Of a stretch of DNA of 64,000 nucleotides, positions 13,972 through 28,380 are shown piece by piece; the stretch's first letter is position 1, and every line of letters starts with the position of its first letter. This stretch comes from Eledone cirrhosa (lineage: Eukaryota), in contig OZ024764.1 of the NCBI GenBank assembly GCA_964016885.1, positions 25,668,001-25,732,000 of the forward strand. Reading direction: 5' to 3'. A model generated the notes under the pieces. The model worked only from the letters and a program-made list of their open reading frames with translations. It was not told the origin of the DNA and did not search any database. The position numbers and the translations under genes were made by a program.

Positions 13972-15120
13972 TCTTGGAAGGCGTAAAAGCCCAAAACCTC
14001 CCAGCAACTCTCCTGTTTATTGACTTTTCAAAAGCATTCGATTCCATCCATCGTGGGAGGATGAGAGAGATACTACTAGCCTACGGCTTGCCAAGGGATA
14101 CAGTAAATGCCCTCATGATGTTATATAAAAACACCCGCGCAATGGTGCGCTCACCTGATGGAGATACCAACTTCTTTTACATCATTGCAGGAGTACTCCA
14201 AGGGGATACTCTTGCACCATTTATTTTTATCATCTGCCTCGACTATGTATTGAGAAAAGCCCTGGACGAAAACTCAGAGCTTGGTTTCACTCTCACAAAG
14301 CGAAAGTGTAGACGCCATGCAGCTCAGAAAATCACCGATGCTGACTATGCGGATGATTTAGCGGTCCTCGCTGACTACCTTAAGGATGCAACATCACTAC
14401 TTCACAGCATCGAATCAGTTGCAAAGGAAATCGGACTCTATGTCAACGCAGGCAAAACAGAATATATTTGCCTGAATCAAGACTCCTCAGTTTGGTATGC
14501 GAAGTCTAAACGGCGATATTATCAAGCAAGTTGACGATTTCAAATACCTAGGTAGCTATATCGCCTCCACAGAACATGATGTTAACATGAGACTGGGAAA
14601 AGACTGGGGAGCATTGAATGCAATGGAAAAGATATGGAAATCAAACCTGCCGGCCAAACTGAAAAGGAATTTTTTCAGAGCTGCTGTGGAATCTGTGCAG
14701 GTTTATGGCTCTGTCACTTGGACGCTAACGTCAAAACTGGAGAAAAAGCTAGACGGGGCATACACACGTATGCTCCGCGCTGCTTTAAACGTGTCTTGGA
14801 GGGAACACCCAACAAATAAGGATCTCTATGGCAATATAGCACCTATCAGCAGGTCAATACGTGGACAGAGACTAAGACTTGCTGGCCACTGTTGGATCAG
14901 GAAGGAAGAAATAGCAGGCGATGTGTTGTTATGGAGTCCATCTCATGGAACAAGAAACGCTGGTCGTCCCAAGAAGACATACGTCAAGCAACTTGAGGAC
15001 GATACTGGATGCACTGCGGAAGAACTGGCAAACGCTATGAGAGACAGAGATGGATGGAGGAAACGTGTCGTAGAAGGCTGAGCAAGCTCGACCTGATGAT
15101 GATGATGATGATGATGAGGA

Positions 15121-15123
<3 letters not shown>
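13972..15123 (+). mobile_element. 5'-truncated RTE-clade LINE (RT with a frameshift near 14497)
   Basis: [38 protein letters not shown]; (GAT)n tail. Confidence 0.92.
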
Positions 15124-15169
<46 letters not shown>

Positions 15170-15754
15170 AATATAATTTCAGCGAGATCGCATTTCGGTG
15201 GCTGCCAAAACAAGACAAAACGCAATTTTTTAGATTTACTGGCAAGCGCTCAATGGACTAGGAAGAAGCCAGAGCAATAAACATACGTTATAAGGGCCAG
15301 ACACATTATAAGGGCCAGGCACATTATAAGGGCCAGACACATTATAAAAATGGCTGTGAATCGACAAGCCAGGCAGCCGAAAAAACGAGCAAGCTAAACA
15401 GGTTAACAAAAAATGTTTACCTGAACCTTCCTGGAACTTGGTGGTAAAATCCAGTGGGAGGTTTCTGTGACCCCTTAATCAAGTATACTGTTTGCTTTCA
15501 TTGTAAGCTTTTGGTATAATGATCGAACAAGGCAGACACTTTGTCAACAGGTTTTTGCTCTCAATCACCTACTAGGTTCAAATGAAGTATTAGTGAAGCC
15601 ATTACCTGATGTGGTTACCCTGCAAGGGAGGTAACCCCTGTTTTTGGCGGGTGCATTCAAAATGAGTAAAAAATTACACGATAGAATTAATCAATAATTA
15701 TTAATAATGGTATATCGTGCAATGGCCATACTCGATAACGAAGGGGCAGCCATC

Positions 15755-15820
<66 letters not shown>

Positions 15821-16615
15821 GTGTGTGTGTGTGTATGTATCTATATATATGTATATATATATGTATGTATGTGTATATGTATGTATATATGTATGTATCT
15901 GTTAGACACGCAGTGACTAACAACAGAATGTTTTAAGTCTGCGTGTCTGACATATATGCGTAGCTTGTGAATAACAAATTCAAGAGGTGTCGCTGCCCGT
16001 GGTGATCGCTGCCAAACATGTTTTGTAATGTATCGTCTTATTGACTAATCAACCAACGAGAGTAATTGTTGCTCAAAAGCATCCGCCATTTTGTTTGCAC
16101 GCTTATTTATCGTTTTGCTTTCGAATCTTCCTCCTGTATTTCGTCGTTTATCATCAAAATACTTTTCTCGTTTTGGTAAGTTATATTGTTAATTTATATA
16201 TGATTTTTTAAAATTTATATTAACTATTTTTTTTTCAGTTCGTTATAACATGCTTCTAATATTGGTTGTATCATATTTGCTTGTATATTTGTCCATATTA
16301 TTGTTCGTTTTATGTTAGATTATTTTATTATTATTATGTTAGATTATTTTTGTTATTATTATGTTAGACTATATGTATGTAATATTTAATTTTTATTAAT
16401 TCAACTGCAACAATTATTATGTAAAATATATTTATTTAATTGTTTTTTGTAGTTGTTTATATTAAAATGCTGCAAATATTTATATAAATGATATTTATAA
16501 GATCATTTATAAAATAACAATTATATAATCTAATTACATTACAACGATAATTTATTATTAATATATATCATGTTTAACTAGAGTTATTACAAGAGTTGCC
16601 TTTAAAAAATATTAA

Positions 16616-17054
16616 ACTAGGCCTGAAAAACGCGCAAGCTCAAAAGAGCCACAGAATGTTATAATAAACCTTCAAAAGTGTGGGACTAGAGTTGTTGTTC
16701 AAAAATATTGTAACGATTATCTATCGTACACTCTGTGGCATCCTTTTATAAAAAAGAGACTCATAACGAACTCAAGACGACACGAACTTAAGTGAATTTA
16801 TAATATAGAATTCGGTTTAAGTGCATTTCGTATTAATCATCTAAACATCTAATATGAGATATTGGACATTAGCTTAAATAATTATCGTGTCGTCTTGAGT
16901 TCGTTATGAGTCTCTTTTTTATAAAAGGATGCCACAGAGTGTACGATAGATAATCGTTACAATATTTTTTAGCAACAACTCTAGTCCCACACAATTGAAG
17001 GTTTATTATAACATTCTGTGGCTCTTTTGAGCTTGCGCATTTTTCAGGTCTAGT
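16616..17054. repeat. Long inverted repeat, ~170-bp arms with 99-bp spacer
   Basis: 16616-16785 is the reverse complement of 16885-17054 with few mismatches; both outer ends carry CTAG. Confidence 0.9.
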
Positions 17055-17059
17055 ATATA

Positions 17060-17096
<37 letters not shown>

Positions 17097-17161
17097 ATAT
17101 ATATATATATGTATGTATATATATGTATATATATATGTATATATATATGTATATATATATG

Positions 17162-17242
<81 letters not shown>

Positions 17243-17481
17243 TAAAATATAGAGAAAAATACTGCAGGTAGCACATGGTAACATGTAATAAAATAAGTCC
17301 CTCATCAGTGATTTGCCGAAGATCATAGATATTTCATTGCATTAAAATATATATATATATTCTAGGGTGGGTAAAATTGCCGAGATCCATGGACGAGTTC
17401 TCTCCAGCGGTCTCTGTCCCTCATTACCGCTGACATGTTCTGCGTCTCCAACCAGTGTCTGTCCTTAGAGCATCAACATAC

Positions 17482-17562
<81 letters not shown>

Positions 17563-17563
<1 letters not shown>

Positions 17564-18031
17564 CCAAAGATTAATATGGTTCATTGATTACTCAATGAAT
17601 ATAGTTTTACAATAGATTAAAAGCACTCTACAGAGAACATTTTCTGGAGTTATTAATATTATTCAGAATATTAATAAATGAAGACGTTCACATAATCAAA
17701 ATATATGTTTTATTATATATATTTCCGAGGTACTGTGCTGTTTTTTCAGTACGACCTCGTCATATAAAATACATGAATTGCTGTGACATACCTCAACTGT
17801 ACTAATGGTTCAATTCCAGTGTTGGCAGTGATTTATTACAACAAATCTCAATATTTATATACCACAAATAATAACATGATAAACTTAAATATGATGAAGA
17901 AGAGGATGTGGAGCGAGATATAGGTATAAGGAGGGGGTGAGTATGAGGAAATGTAAGAAGAAATAGATAAATACATACATATATAAATATTTAAATGTGT
18001 AATTATACGTGTTAGGGAAGAAAAAAGAAGA

Positions 18032-18091
<60 letters not shown>

Positions 18092-18202
18092 AGACGGAAG
18101 AAGAAAGACGTAACGGCAAAAAATAAAGAAAGAGACATGATGTGTGACCGTTGTTTTCAATTAAATACCATGGAATTTTTTAATATCTTTTGTATTTGGT
18201 TA
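17563..18202. repeat. Interspersed repeat; second copy at 43103-43770 has its body inverted
   Basis: Shared ~70-bp head in the same orientation, ~550-bp body in opposite orientation. Confidence 0.8.
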
Positions 18203-18903
18203 TGTTTAAGCTAATTATACTAATATATTATATCAAAATTAAACAATATAAATATATTTTCTATAGTAATCAGAAGCATAGTTTAATTAATATATTTACT
18301 AAATATTTTGTTAGAATATTCACAAACATTTTTATCTTTAAAGCAAGTTTAAATACATATTAAATATGTATAAGGATATTTACTAACACCCATGCATATA
18401 TCACCATCAGTATATATATTTTATATTATGTTAAGAATTATTATCTGAATTATTCTATTTTCATTATAAAATCATTTCAATTCATTGGTTGTCATTTCAT
18501 TACAGGATTAATTAGTAGTTATATTTACTCTTAAAAGTATTATTATTTCGATTTTACTTCAGTAATTACATCTTATTATATATAGTTTCCCTTTAAGGAT
18601 TTTTCGTATATTATTAAACTGTATAAATCATGTTAAATATACATTAGCAATCCATTTGGATAGAACAAAATTATTTACGAAGAAAGTAAACAAAGGAAGA
18701 TAACTCGTTCATCATATGTGAACATTTAAGATATTTAAGTACTTTGAAAGTCAAAAGATATTTCAAACCGCAAATTCAGGAATTTCTAGTTACACAATGT
18801 CCATTCTAAATCCAAACTTAGGATACCGAGTCTCATCATGAGATTAATTTACTATATAAAAACGATATACAATTTTTAAGGTAAGGCAAAATGTTATATA
18901 TAT

Positions 18904-18959
<56 letters not shown>

Positions 18960-19953
18960 GGTCTTATCAGCATAGAGGACTGTGTTCAGATGGAGAAAAA
19001 CAACCTATACAAATGCGTGACCTATAGTAAGGAGCCAATGCTCAGAGCTGTACTGAAGGAGGGGACAGTAGGCCAGGGGATGTCCAGGGAGGAAATAACA
19101 TCAAGGAGGAAGAGCAGCCTTAAGGGAAAACCCCTTCATAGTACCTTCTTTGAGAAAACTGAATTTAGAGATCCACAGACATGGAACTGGTTGAGAAGAG
19201 GAGACCTCAAAAAGGCTACAGAAGGAATGCTAATGGCTGCGCAGGAGCAGGCCCTCAAAACGAAGTGGTTGAAGCACCATATCTACAAGGAGGAGGCCAG
19301 CCCACTGTGCAGGATCTGTGGAGAGAGAGAGGAGACTGTGGCTCACATTGTGTCCGAGTGTAAACACCTAGCCCAGACCCACTATAAGGGCTGGAGACAC
19401 GATGTGATGGGCAGGGTGATCCACTGGCACCTGTGCAAAGTAAACAATCTACCACATTCTGAGAAATGGTATGAGCATAGGCCAGAGGCGGTGATGGAGA
19501 ACAATCAGGTGAAGGTGCTGTGGGATTTTAGGATACAGACGGACAAAAAACTGGAACACAATAGACCTGACCTGGTGGTTGTGGACAAAGAAAAAAGATC
19601 GTGCCTGATTGTGGATGTGGCCTGCCTGTTCGACACGAGAGTGCAAGAGAAGGAGAGGGAGAAAATTAACCGATACCAGGACCTAAAGTGGGAGGTGAAA
19701 AGGATTTGGAACTGCCATGAAGTCAAAGTGATCCCGATTGTCATAGGCGCACTGGGGACTATCTCCAAAAGTTTCCAGGGATGGTTAAAGAAAATCGGCC
19801 CCTTCACGCTTTTTGGAACGCTTCAAAAGGCATGCTTGCTTGGAACAGCAAGAACCCTCCGATGCGTCCTGAATATCTGAGGCTGCAGGTAGTGGCTTGA
19901 TATTCAATCCAACGGACTTTCCAGTTAACCAACATCAATGACTGAGATTCAAG
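18960..19953 (+). mobile_element. 5'-truncated R4/Dong-clade non-LTR retrotransposon (zinc knuckle + restriction-like endonuclease)
   Basis: ORF 18990-19880: CRICG..ETVAHIVSEC, RHD, RPD..IVDV, K..RY, PIVIGALG; (TAA)n on both sides. Confidence 0.9.
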
Positions 19954-20904
19954 GAATAACAATAACAATAATAATAATAATAATATTTTGATTTTTAACA
20001 TATTTAAATCAATTGTGAAATAACAATTCTTAGTACAAATGATGCATAAACCACCGAATCAAGTCCCATAAAATTTCGGATCCATATTATATTGTTATAT
20101 CGCTCAAATATTCAATTTTGTATTATATATTTTATATTCAAAAAAGAAAATGGTTATAAATGGAAGAAAACACCCTCTGTCTACACTATATAGAACAGCC
20201 AAATAACAGCAATTTCACCAACACCAGAAACTTGATACACCACCTACCCCATTACACTAAATATAACAGCCAGATAACGGCAATGTCACCACCACCACCA
20301 CCAATCCCAGCATCATAATAATAATTACTATTATTATTGTCTCAAGTTTTAACAAAATGTTTAATTCCAATTTTACGGGAATATGTCAACACTATATATA
20401 TTAAACATACGCGACACAAACTCATAGATACTACATATCACAAAACTCAGTAACGACAACGCCACCGCCGCCACCACCTCATCCATCATTGCTACCACTA
20501 TCCCATCACCGCCGCCAACACTCCTTCATTGCTACCACCACTGTTCCCCTGTTAACTTAAGAAAGGGGAAGGTGGCGGTATCAAGGAGAGGCTAGCAAAA
20601 GATATAAATAGATTGACTTAGTGACCTGGCCACCGGCCAAACGTCAACAAACTATGGCACTGCTGGCTCCCCCTTCCTCACCAGCAATATAAAAAGCCCC
20701 AGCACCACCACCGACATAGCCAACAACAATAACAGGCAACTTCAGCAAAAAGTATATTATATTATTGTAATGCACTGGGTGATTGCCGGCCTTGTGCCTG
20801 GAGTGGAGACAATTATTAATAATTTCATTCTTAAGCCACGCAATGCTCACATTAAGGAACCACTCATGATAATAACAATTTAAAAAAAAAACAACAAAAA
20901 GAAA

Positions 20905-23900
20905 ACCCCGTGACCAAGAAATACCGGGATGGCGGCCGGCGGGTAATAGCCGTGTCTCTAGGGGAGAACGACCCCTCTAGTCTTGGTTGACACTCGTTCT
21001 AGAAGTGGTAACACGAAATGATTACCCCTTGGCGGATAAGGATAAAACGCGACAAAATAAAGTAAATGTCTAATGATAAAATCTCATACCGGATCGGCCG
21101 TCACCCGGGTAAAAAAGGGCCGCGTCCCTCAGAGAGGAACCAGACTGGGGTCGAAAAATCAGCTAATGGTTCAAACTTTCCCATCACTTCGGAGCTGGAG
21201 ACCTCCCATAACCGGAATACTCCTACTGTTGGCCCTCCATGCTCACCACCAAGAAATCCAAAGAAAAGGAGAGAAAATGGTCAAGGGAAGATAATAAAGA
21301 AGTCCTTGAGGCTTTCTACACTGCCATGTACTACCCATCAAATACATCGAATACAGAACAGACATATATCAACTGGAAAAAGAAACATCCCGAAAACAGA
21401 GGCTATATTGACAGTAACAACTAGCCAATATACGAAGAAATATTGTAAGAAAAAAGTTACTAACTGATATAGAAATTGATCAGATCAAGCTATTAGCACA
21501 AAGTCAGCGAAGGTAAAATGAAACATGTGTCAGTGAAAACGAGGTAAATTGTAACACTTCGAATGCCAGGGTTGGGGCGGAATCACTGGCAACAGAACAA
21601 ATTAAAGAAAGAATCGAAAAAGTGGAGGGAGTGCATGCTCAGGATGAAACTCCAAATGAAAATAATGAGATCGTAAATGATAAAGAAATGAATGAGAATG
21701 AACTTGCCAACTTGAAGGATGAAATTATGATCGAATGGATGAAAATGAAAGAATCTGACATGGGGCAACGAGACACCCTCCCTAAGATCCAGAACTCCAA
21801 ACAGAACCAAAAGATAATACACAAGACTAACATAATTCTCAAAAACATTATCATCACAAACAAACTAAACATTACTGATTTAAATCATCTCTATTATGCA
21901 TTGGCTAAAGTCACCACTCACTTATGTGGAGTGAAGATGAAAAAACAAAGGAATTCCCACAAGAAATTTACTTGGCAAGAGAACATCAATCGTCAAATAA
22001 ACCTTCTCCGATCTGACATAGAAATTTTAACAAACTATAAAGTAGGTGAACATGTTAAACAAACTAAACTTAGAAAATTGAAAAGAAAGTACAGTATAAA
22101 ATCAACAAGTGACATAGACATGCTGATAGAAATAATCAAGCAAAAAGTGTCGGCCAAAGCTGCTCGTATAAGGCGCTTTGAAAAACGATCTAGATTCTAT
22201 AAGGACAATAATATGTTCAAAAACAACCAAAGAAACTTCTACAGAAAAATTGGTAAGTCAACAATAACTGCTAAATCAATACCACCCAAGGAGGAAGTGC
22301 AAGAATTCTGGGAAAAGATCTGGGCCGAAGAAAAAGTTCATAACATACATGCCCCATGGATAGACAGACAAATGAAAAATACAGCTCACCTTGAGGAACA
22401 AATATGGGAAAATATAACAGTTGAACAGTTGCGCTTGGCTCTAAGAAAAACCAGCAAATGGAAATCCCCAAGAAAAGACAAAATACAAAACTTTTGGATA
22501 AATGCCTTCACAGAGTCTCATGAGCTGTTAGCCCAACTTTACAATGAAATAGTTAAGGAGCCAGAAAAGATACCATCATGGCTAGTTAACGGCATTACAT
22601 TCCTGCTTCCGAAGAATGATGAGACAAACAATCCCAAAAATTACAGACCGATAACTTGCTTGACCACAATGTATAAAATTTTAACATCAGTCCTAACTGA
22701 ATACACATATGACCACCTGATAACAAATGACCTATTTCCCATTGAGCAGAAAGGGTGTAAACGAGGCTCATATGGCTGTAAGGATCAGCTTTTGGTTAAC
22801 AAAATGATACTGGAAGATTGTCATAATAGACACAAAAATCTATCGATTGCTTGGATAGATTATAAAAAAAGCATTCGATAGTTTGCCACACAGTTGGATT
22901 GAAAAATGTTTAGAGATTTTCAAAATATTCCCCGTTGTCAGGAGGTTTTTGTCATTCAGTATGAAGACATGGAAAACGACACTCCTTTTGAATAGTGAAA
23001 CAAAATCACTGGAAGCTGGAGAAGTTAATATTAATTGTGGAATTTTTCAGGGTGACTCTTTATCACCGCTTTTATTCTGCATCGCACTTATACCATTAAG
23101 TAAAATGCTCAATGAAACAAAATATGGATATAAAGTCTATGACAAAACCATTAATCACTTGTTCTACATGGATGACCTGAAACTATTTGCAAAAAATGAT
23201 GAACAATTGCAAGGGCTATTATCCACTGTGGAGCAGTTCAGTGATGACATTAAAATGGAGTTTGGACTAGATAAATGCGCCAAAGCAACGTTCACCAGAG
23301 GAAAGCTGCTGAAGAGTTCAGACATTAATCTTGATCGGGGGAACGTGATAAGAGAACTTGATCAAGAAAAAACTTACAAATATCTAGGTGTTTGTGAAGG
23401 AGACGGAATCAAGCACTCGACAATGAGGGAAAGGATAAGGAAGGAATGTTACCGCAGAATAAGAGCAATCTTAAGAACGGAATTGAATGCAAGGAATAGG
23501 ATCGATGCCATAAACACGCTTGCCATACCAGTAGTAACCTACAGTTACAATGACATCAACTGGTCAAGCACAGAGATCCGTAGGCTCGATACAAAAATTC
23601 GAAAATTCTTAACCATGCACAGAATGCATCACCCTAAGGCAGATATAGATAGAATATATCTCCCTAGGAAAGAAGGAGGACGTGGGTTAATCCAGTTAGA
23701 CATTGCGTTGAAAACTGCAACAATTGGATTATCTACATATCTAAGGGAATCACATGATTGGATGATCAAACTCGTTTTGAAACACGAAAGCATCAAAAGA
23801 TCATATTCCATTACAAAAGATGCACAAAGATACAGTAATGGACTACAAATTTCAGAAGTCCCATTTACTGCTGAAATGGAAAACACAGAAAAAGCAAAGC

Positions 23901-24858
23901 AGGTAAAAGTAACTGCAAAGAAAGAACTGCTACAGAAACTGGCTAAGAAATGGCAAGAAAAGCCTCTGTATGGAAAATACCCAGAGCGAGCTAACAATCC
24001 TGATGTTGACACAACTTTAACCCATCAGTGGTTGGCATCCTCTGGACTGAAATCGGAGACTGAAGGACTGATTATATCAGCACAAGATCAGTGTCTGCCA
24101 ACAAAAAATTACCAAGCCAACATAATAAAAAATGGATACAGCCCATTATGCCGTGTATGCAAAAAACAACCAGAGACCATTGACCATATAATTTCAATGT
24201 GCAGTCCTATAGCTCCAACCGAATACCTAAACAGGCATGACAGAGCTGCACAATACATACATTGGATAATGTGTAAGCATTTTGACCTGCCCCATCAAAA
24301 GAATTGGTGGGAGCATCAACCACCTCCCATACTTGAAAAAGATCACATCTCAATCTTGTGGAACTTTAGCATCCAAACAGACCGAAAAATAGATGCAAAT
24401 AGACCTGATATAATATTGAAGGACTTTAAAAAGAGGGTATGCCTGCTAATTGATATGTCTGTTCCAATAGACAAGAATGTATCTATAAAAACATTCGAAT
24501 AATTGAGCAAGTATAAGGACCTGGAGATAGAAATTGGAAAAATGTGGAAATTGAGAACTAAAACAATACCAGTGGTTGTAGGCGCTCTGGGAATGATACC
24601 TAAGGGGTCTAATGATTACTTATCGCAAATCACAGGAAACCCGCGTATAGGAGAAATACAAAAGATAGTACTAATGGGAACTGCCCATATACTAAGGAAG
24701 ATTCTGTTAATATATGTACATCACAAGTCTAAACACTAAAGATGCATGTGTGAGTATGTATGTTCTTTCTTGAACATGGCGGACCTTGTTGTCTCTTGAG
24801 GTCACTGGTTGTGACTTGGTGATAACTCGTATGAACATAAAGCAAGATAAATGCAACT

Positions 24859-24860
<2 letters not shown>
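20905..24860 (+). mobile_element. Near full-length R4/Dong-clade element with disrupted single ORF (21066-24739)
   Basis: N-terminal RKWSREDN motif, RT NYRPITCL / QGDSLSP / YMDD, CCHC and RPD endonuclease; frameshifts and stops; ends in (TAA)n 24861-24911. Confidence 0.92.
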
Positions 24861-24912
<52 letters not shown>

Positions 24913-24914
24913 TT

Positions 24915-25180
24915 TTAAGAATTATTAATAGTCAATATTTTTTTCGAAATTTGTATAATCCTTGAGAGGTTCTTCCAGATTTATGTAGACAGCTTCCGAC
25001 AAATTCTTTTTTCTTATTAATTAAATTACCATAATTTGTAATTATTAATAGAGTCTCTAAATTGCAAAGATTGCAAATTGGTGAAATGGAAGCGTTTCGA
25101 TAGGAATCAGAAATCCTTTAATTTCTCCAAGAAATTGAGTATTTAATATTTTTCTCTTTTAAAGACCGAATTTGAAAATG
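24915..25180 (-). mobile_element. PLE GIY-YIG 3' fragment, inverted relative to the downstream PLE
   Basis: Minus strand reads SLKEKNIKYSISW...CNLCNLE...SCLHK. Confidence 0.7.
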
Positions 25181-25209
25181 AATAATATCTATTATACAAA
25201 ATATTAAAT

Positions 25210-27180
25210 TTAAAAAAATAACAATTTATAGGCCAGGAGTACCTTAAAGGCCTCAAGAATAAAATAGACAATCTTGAAAAAACTAAGAGGATCCTCGTAA
25301 AATCTGATAAAACTAATAATTTTATATGGTATGGAAAAGGGCGAATATAATAACCTTATATTGAAAGAACTCAGAAAAAAACTACAAAATAACATCAAAT
25401 GAAGATCTTTCAACGTTAAATAGAGAAGCTTCTGAAATTATTTACAAATTAGGCATCCAAAATAGGACTTTATACCTAGAAAACCGAAAATTAACCTGAA
25501 AATTAACCGAAAATTAACCTGAAAGACCACAAAAGAAATTTTGAAATTGAACTACCAGTCAGACTCATCGCACCATCTAAATCGGAATTAGGCATAATTA
25601 GCAAACATATATTAGATAGAATTATACCACTACTTAAAGTAAAATCACACCTTAAACTATGGAACGGTACTAATGAAGCTATAGATTGGTTCAATAACAT
25701 AAAATTAAAACATAAAAAATTCATTCAAATGGATATTGCAAATTATTACTCCTCAATTACCCCTAGTTTACTTAATAAGGCACTTATCTACGCGTCTAAA
25801 CATACAGACTTATTTAGTGAAGAAATGAATATAATTCTAACAGCACGTAAAAGAATAATAGAATTTAATAATCATCTTTGGACAAGAGCCAACAGAAAAA
25901 AACAATTTTGATATCACTACGGGATCATCTGTCTCGGCGCAATTTACAGACCTCGTTGGATTATTTATTAATAATGTACTGCATAGGAAAATGCCAGAGA
26001 TGACCGGAGGTTTATATCGTGACGATATGTTGCTTTTAACTGAAAACCATAGCAACAGTGAAATTAATAGGAAAAGAAAATCCATAATACAATTTTTCAA
26101 CAACTACAGTCTTAAGTTAGAAATAGAGAATAACTAAAAAATCGTTAACTTCTTAGATGTAACTTTAAACCTTAGCTCAGGTCTTTCCTATCCTTTCCAT
26201 AAAATTAACGAAAATCTATGTAAGTTTCAATTCTAATCATCCTAGAAGTATTAAAAACACTATTGTCAATAGCGTCCAACAACGGATTTCACGCATCTCC
26301 GCTAATAAAAATATGTTTGATGATAAGGCTGAATATTATAAGGAAGCTTTATATAGAGCAGATACTCAAATAGAATTAAATACATAGATAACAATAACAT
26401 GATATATCATCCTAGTATTAACTTAAACACTAAACCAAACAAAAAAAAATAGAACTAGAAATATTATTTGGTACTCTCCCCCATTCTCATTAAGCGTTAA
26501 AACACCTTTAGCAAAGCTATTCTTTAAAGCACTAGGTAAATGTTTTCCTAAAACCCACAGATACCACTCTATTTTTAACAGACACACTATAAAACTATCT
26601 TACTCTACTACTATGAACATAACACAAAATATAAATAGAATTAATAATAGAAACTTAAATTTAAACCCTAACCAAACTAACCAAAATAGCAATAATAATA
26701 TTTCTAACAACAATATTCAGAATAATAGTACCGTTCTGAACAACAATAACTCCAGTAACTGTAGAATCAAATCAAACTGCCCTTTACAAAATAATTGTTT
26801 AGACAATAACATAGTTTATAAATGCATAGTTAAAACTAGAGACAAAATATTTAACTATGTTGGTGCCACTTCAACAAAATTTAAAGAACGCAGGAATAAC
26901 CATAATCATACATTTAGGAGATCTGATAAAAAATCTTCTACTTCACTTTCACATCTAATTTGGAATTTAAAAGACAACACTATAGACTATTCAATATCTT
27001 GGAGAACGATTTCGAAAGCACCTGTATACCGAAATATGGCTTTATCAAGATTCTGTAAATTGTGTATCGAAGAAATTTTTATATAATTAACTGTCAAAAC
27101 TCTATTAATCTCAGAACAGTTATTTTCTTCTTGCAAAGATCGCCAAAATACCACGTTCAGAACTATTTTTAATTTATAAT
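25210..27180 (+). mobile_element. Decayed Penelope-like element (RT + GIY-YIG), Naiad-like
   Basis: DKTNN, LKDHK, RLIAPSKSELG, DIANYYSSI, GLYRDD, NFLDVT, CRIKSNCPLQNNC, YVG, CKLC; many frameshifts. Confidence 0.9.
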
Positions 27181-27867
27181 ATTCCTATACACCTGCAAAA
27201 TGATCCGACCTTTTTAAATGTAAATTTTTTTAATATTTTTAATATTTTAAATATTTTTAAATATTTTTAATATTTCTAAATTTTTTTTAATATCTCTAAT
27301 ATTTATAATATTTTTAATATATATATTTAATATTTTAATATCCGACATTATTTTAATTCTGACATTATTTTAAATTCTGACATTATTTTTCTAAGGACAC
27401 CCCTCTAAATATATTTTTAGATGTAGATTGATAATCTTTAAATGACATTCTGAAAATTTACCCTCTTTACGATAGATCTTCGAAAAACATTTTACATTTT
27501 TCCTCTCTCCCTTTGTTATTAATGGATCTCACTCAAAATAATATATAATTTTCTCTATATATTTTGGAGTAAATCACTCATCTAATTTAATGGTTAACAA
27601 ATAAAATTGGAGTTATCTTTCCTTTCTCAATCGTGCAAACATAAACATATTATGTTTGATAATCTGTATAGCTTCGCTAAATTAAAAATATTCTGAAAAC
27701 ATTTTCAATGTTGAACAAAATTTTTGAATCCACAAATTGTTCTACTCTCACAATTTGAACCACCTATTTTTAAGTAAAATGTGTGTCCACATATAAATGT
27801 ATATGTATTTGTACTTATGTAATTCGGGTGTAATTTATGTGTGTATATATATATGTGTACACACACA

Positions 27868-27903
<36 letters not shown>

Positions 27904-27945
27904 TATATATATATATATATATAATTGTGTATGTCTTTAATTTTT

Positions 27946-28030
<85 letters not shown>

Positions 28031-28206
28031 AAGAGAGAGAGATATTGAAAGAAAGAGGGTGAAAGAGAAACAGTATCCAGTCCAGACATGCATTCATACA
28101 AAATATAAAGCCACTGGCAACATGGTGGTAGATGCATTATTAAATATTTGTTTTGTAACTTGATATATGTAGAAATATCAATTAACAACCTATAGATCTC
28201 CCTTAA

Positions 28207-28372
28207 CCCCTTAGCATTTTAAACATCCGTATCTGGCCAGAATTCTCTCACCTCTTTCACTTCAAACTGGCCGTAACTGGTCCTCATACTGATATTAAGG
28301 TATTGTTCTCAAAATAAGCAACATCAAAATCTCATAGATTCTATATTATGTGAGATAAAGTGTCTACCTTAA
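28207..28372 (+). mobile_element. piggyBac-like MITE, left part (related fragment at 29630-29840)
   Basis: TTAA followed by ccccttagcattt; similar to the intact copy at 57522-57744. Confidence 0.7.
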
Positions 28373-28380
28373 AAATATAA

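Noticed and set aside
17295-17345. Minus-strand gaaa...tgat/atca-ctgaNga motif (also 37565-37612) resembling a type II hammerhead
   Set aside because: Stem II cannot be formed in either copy
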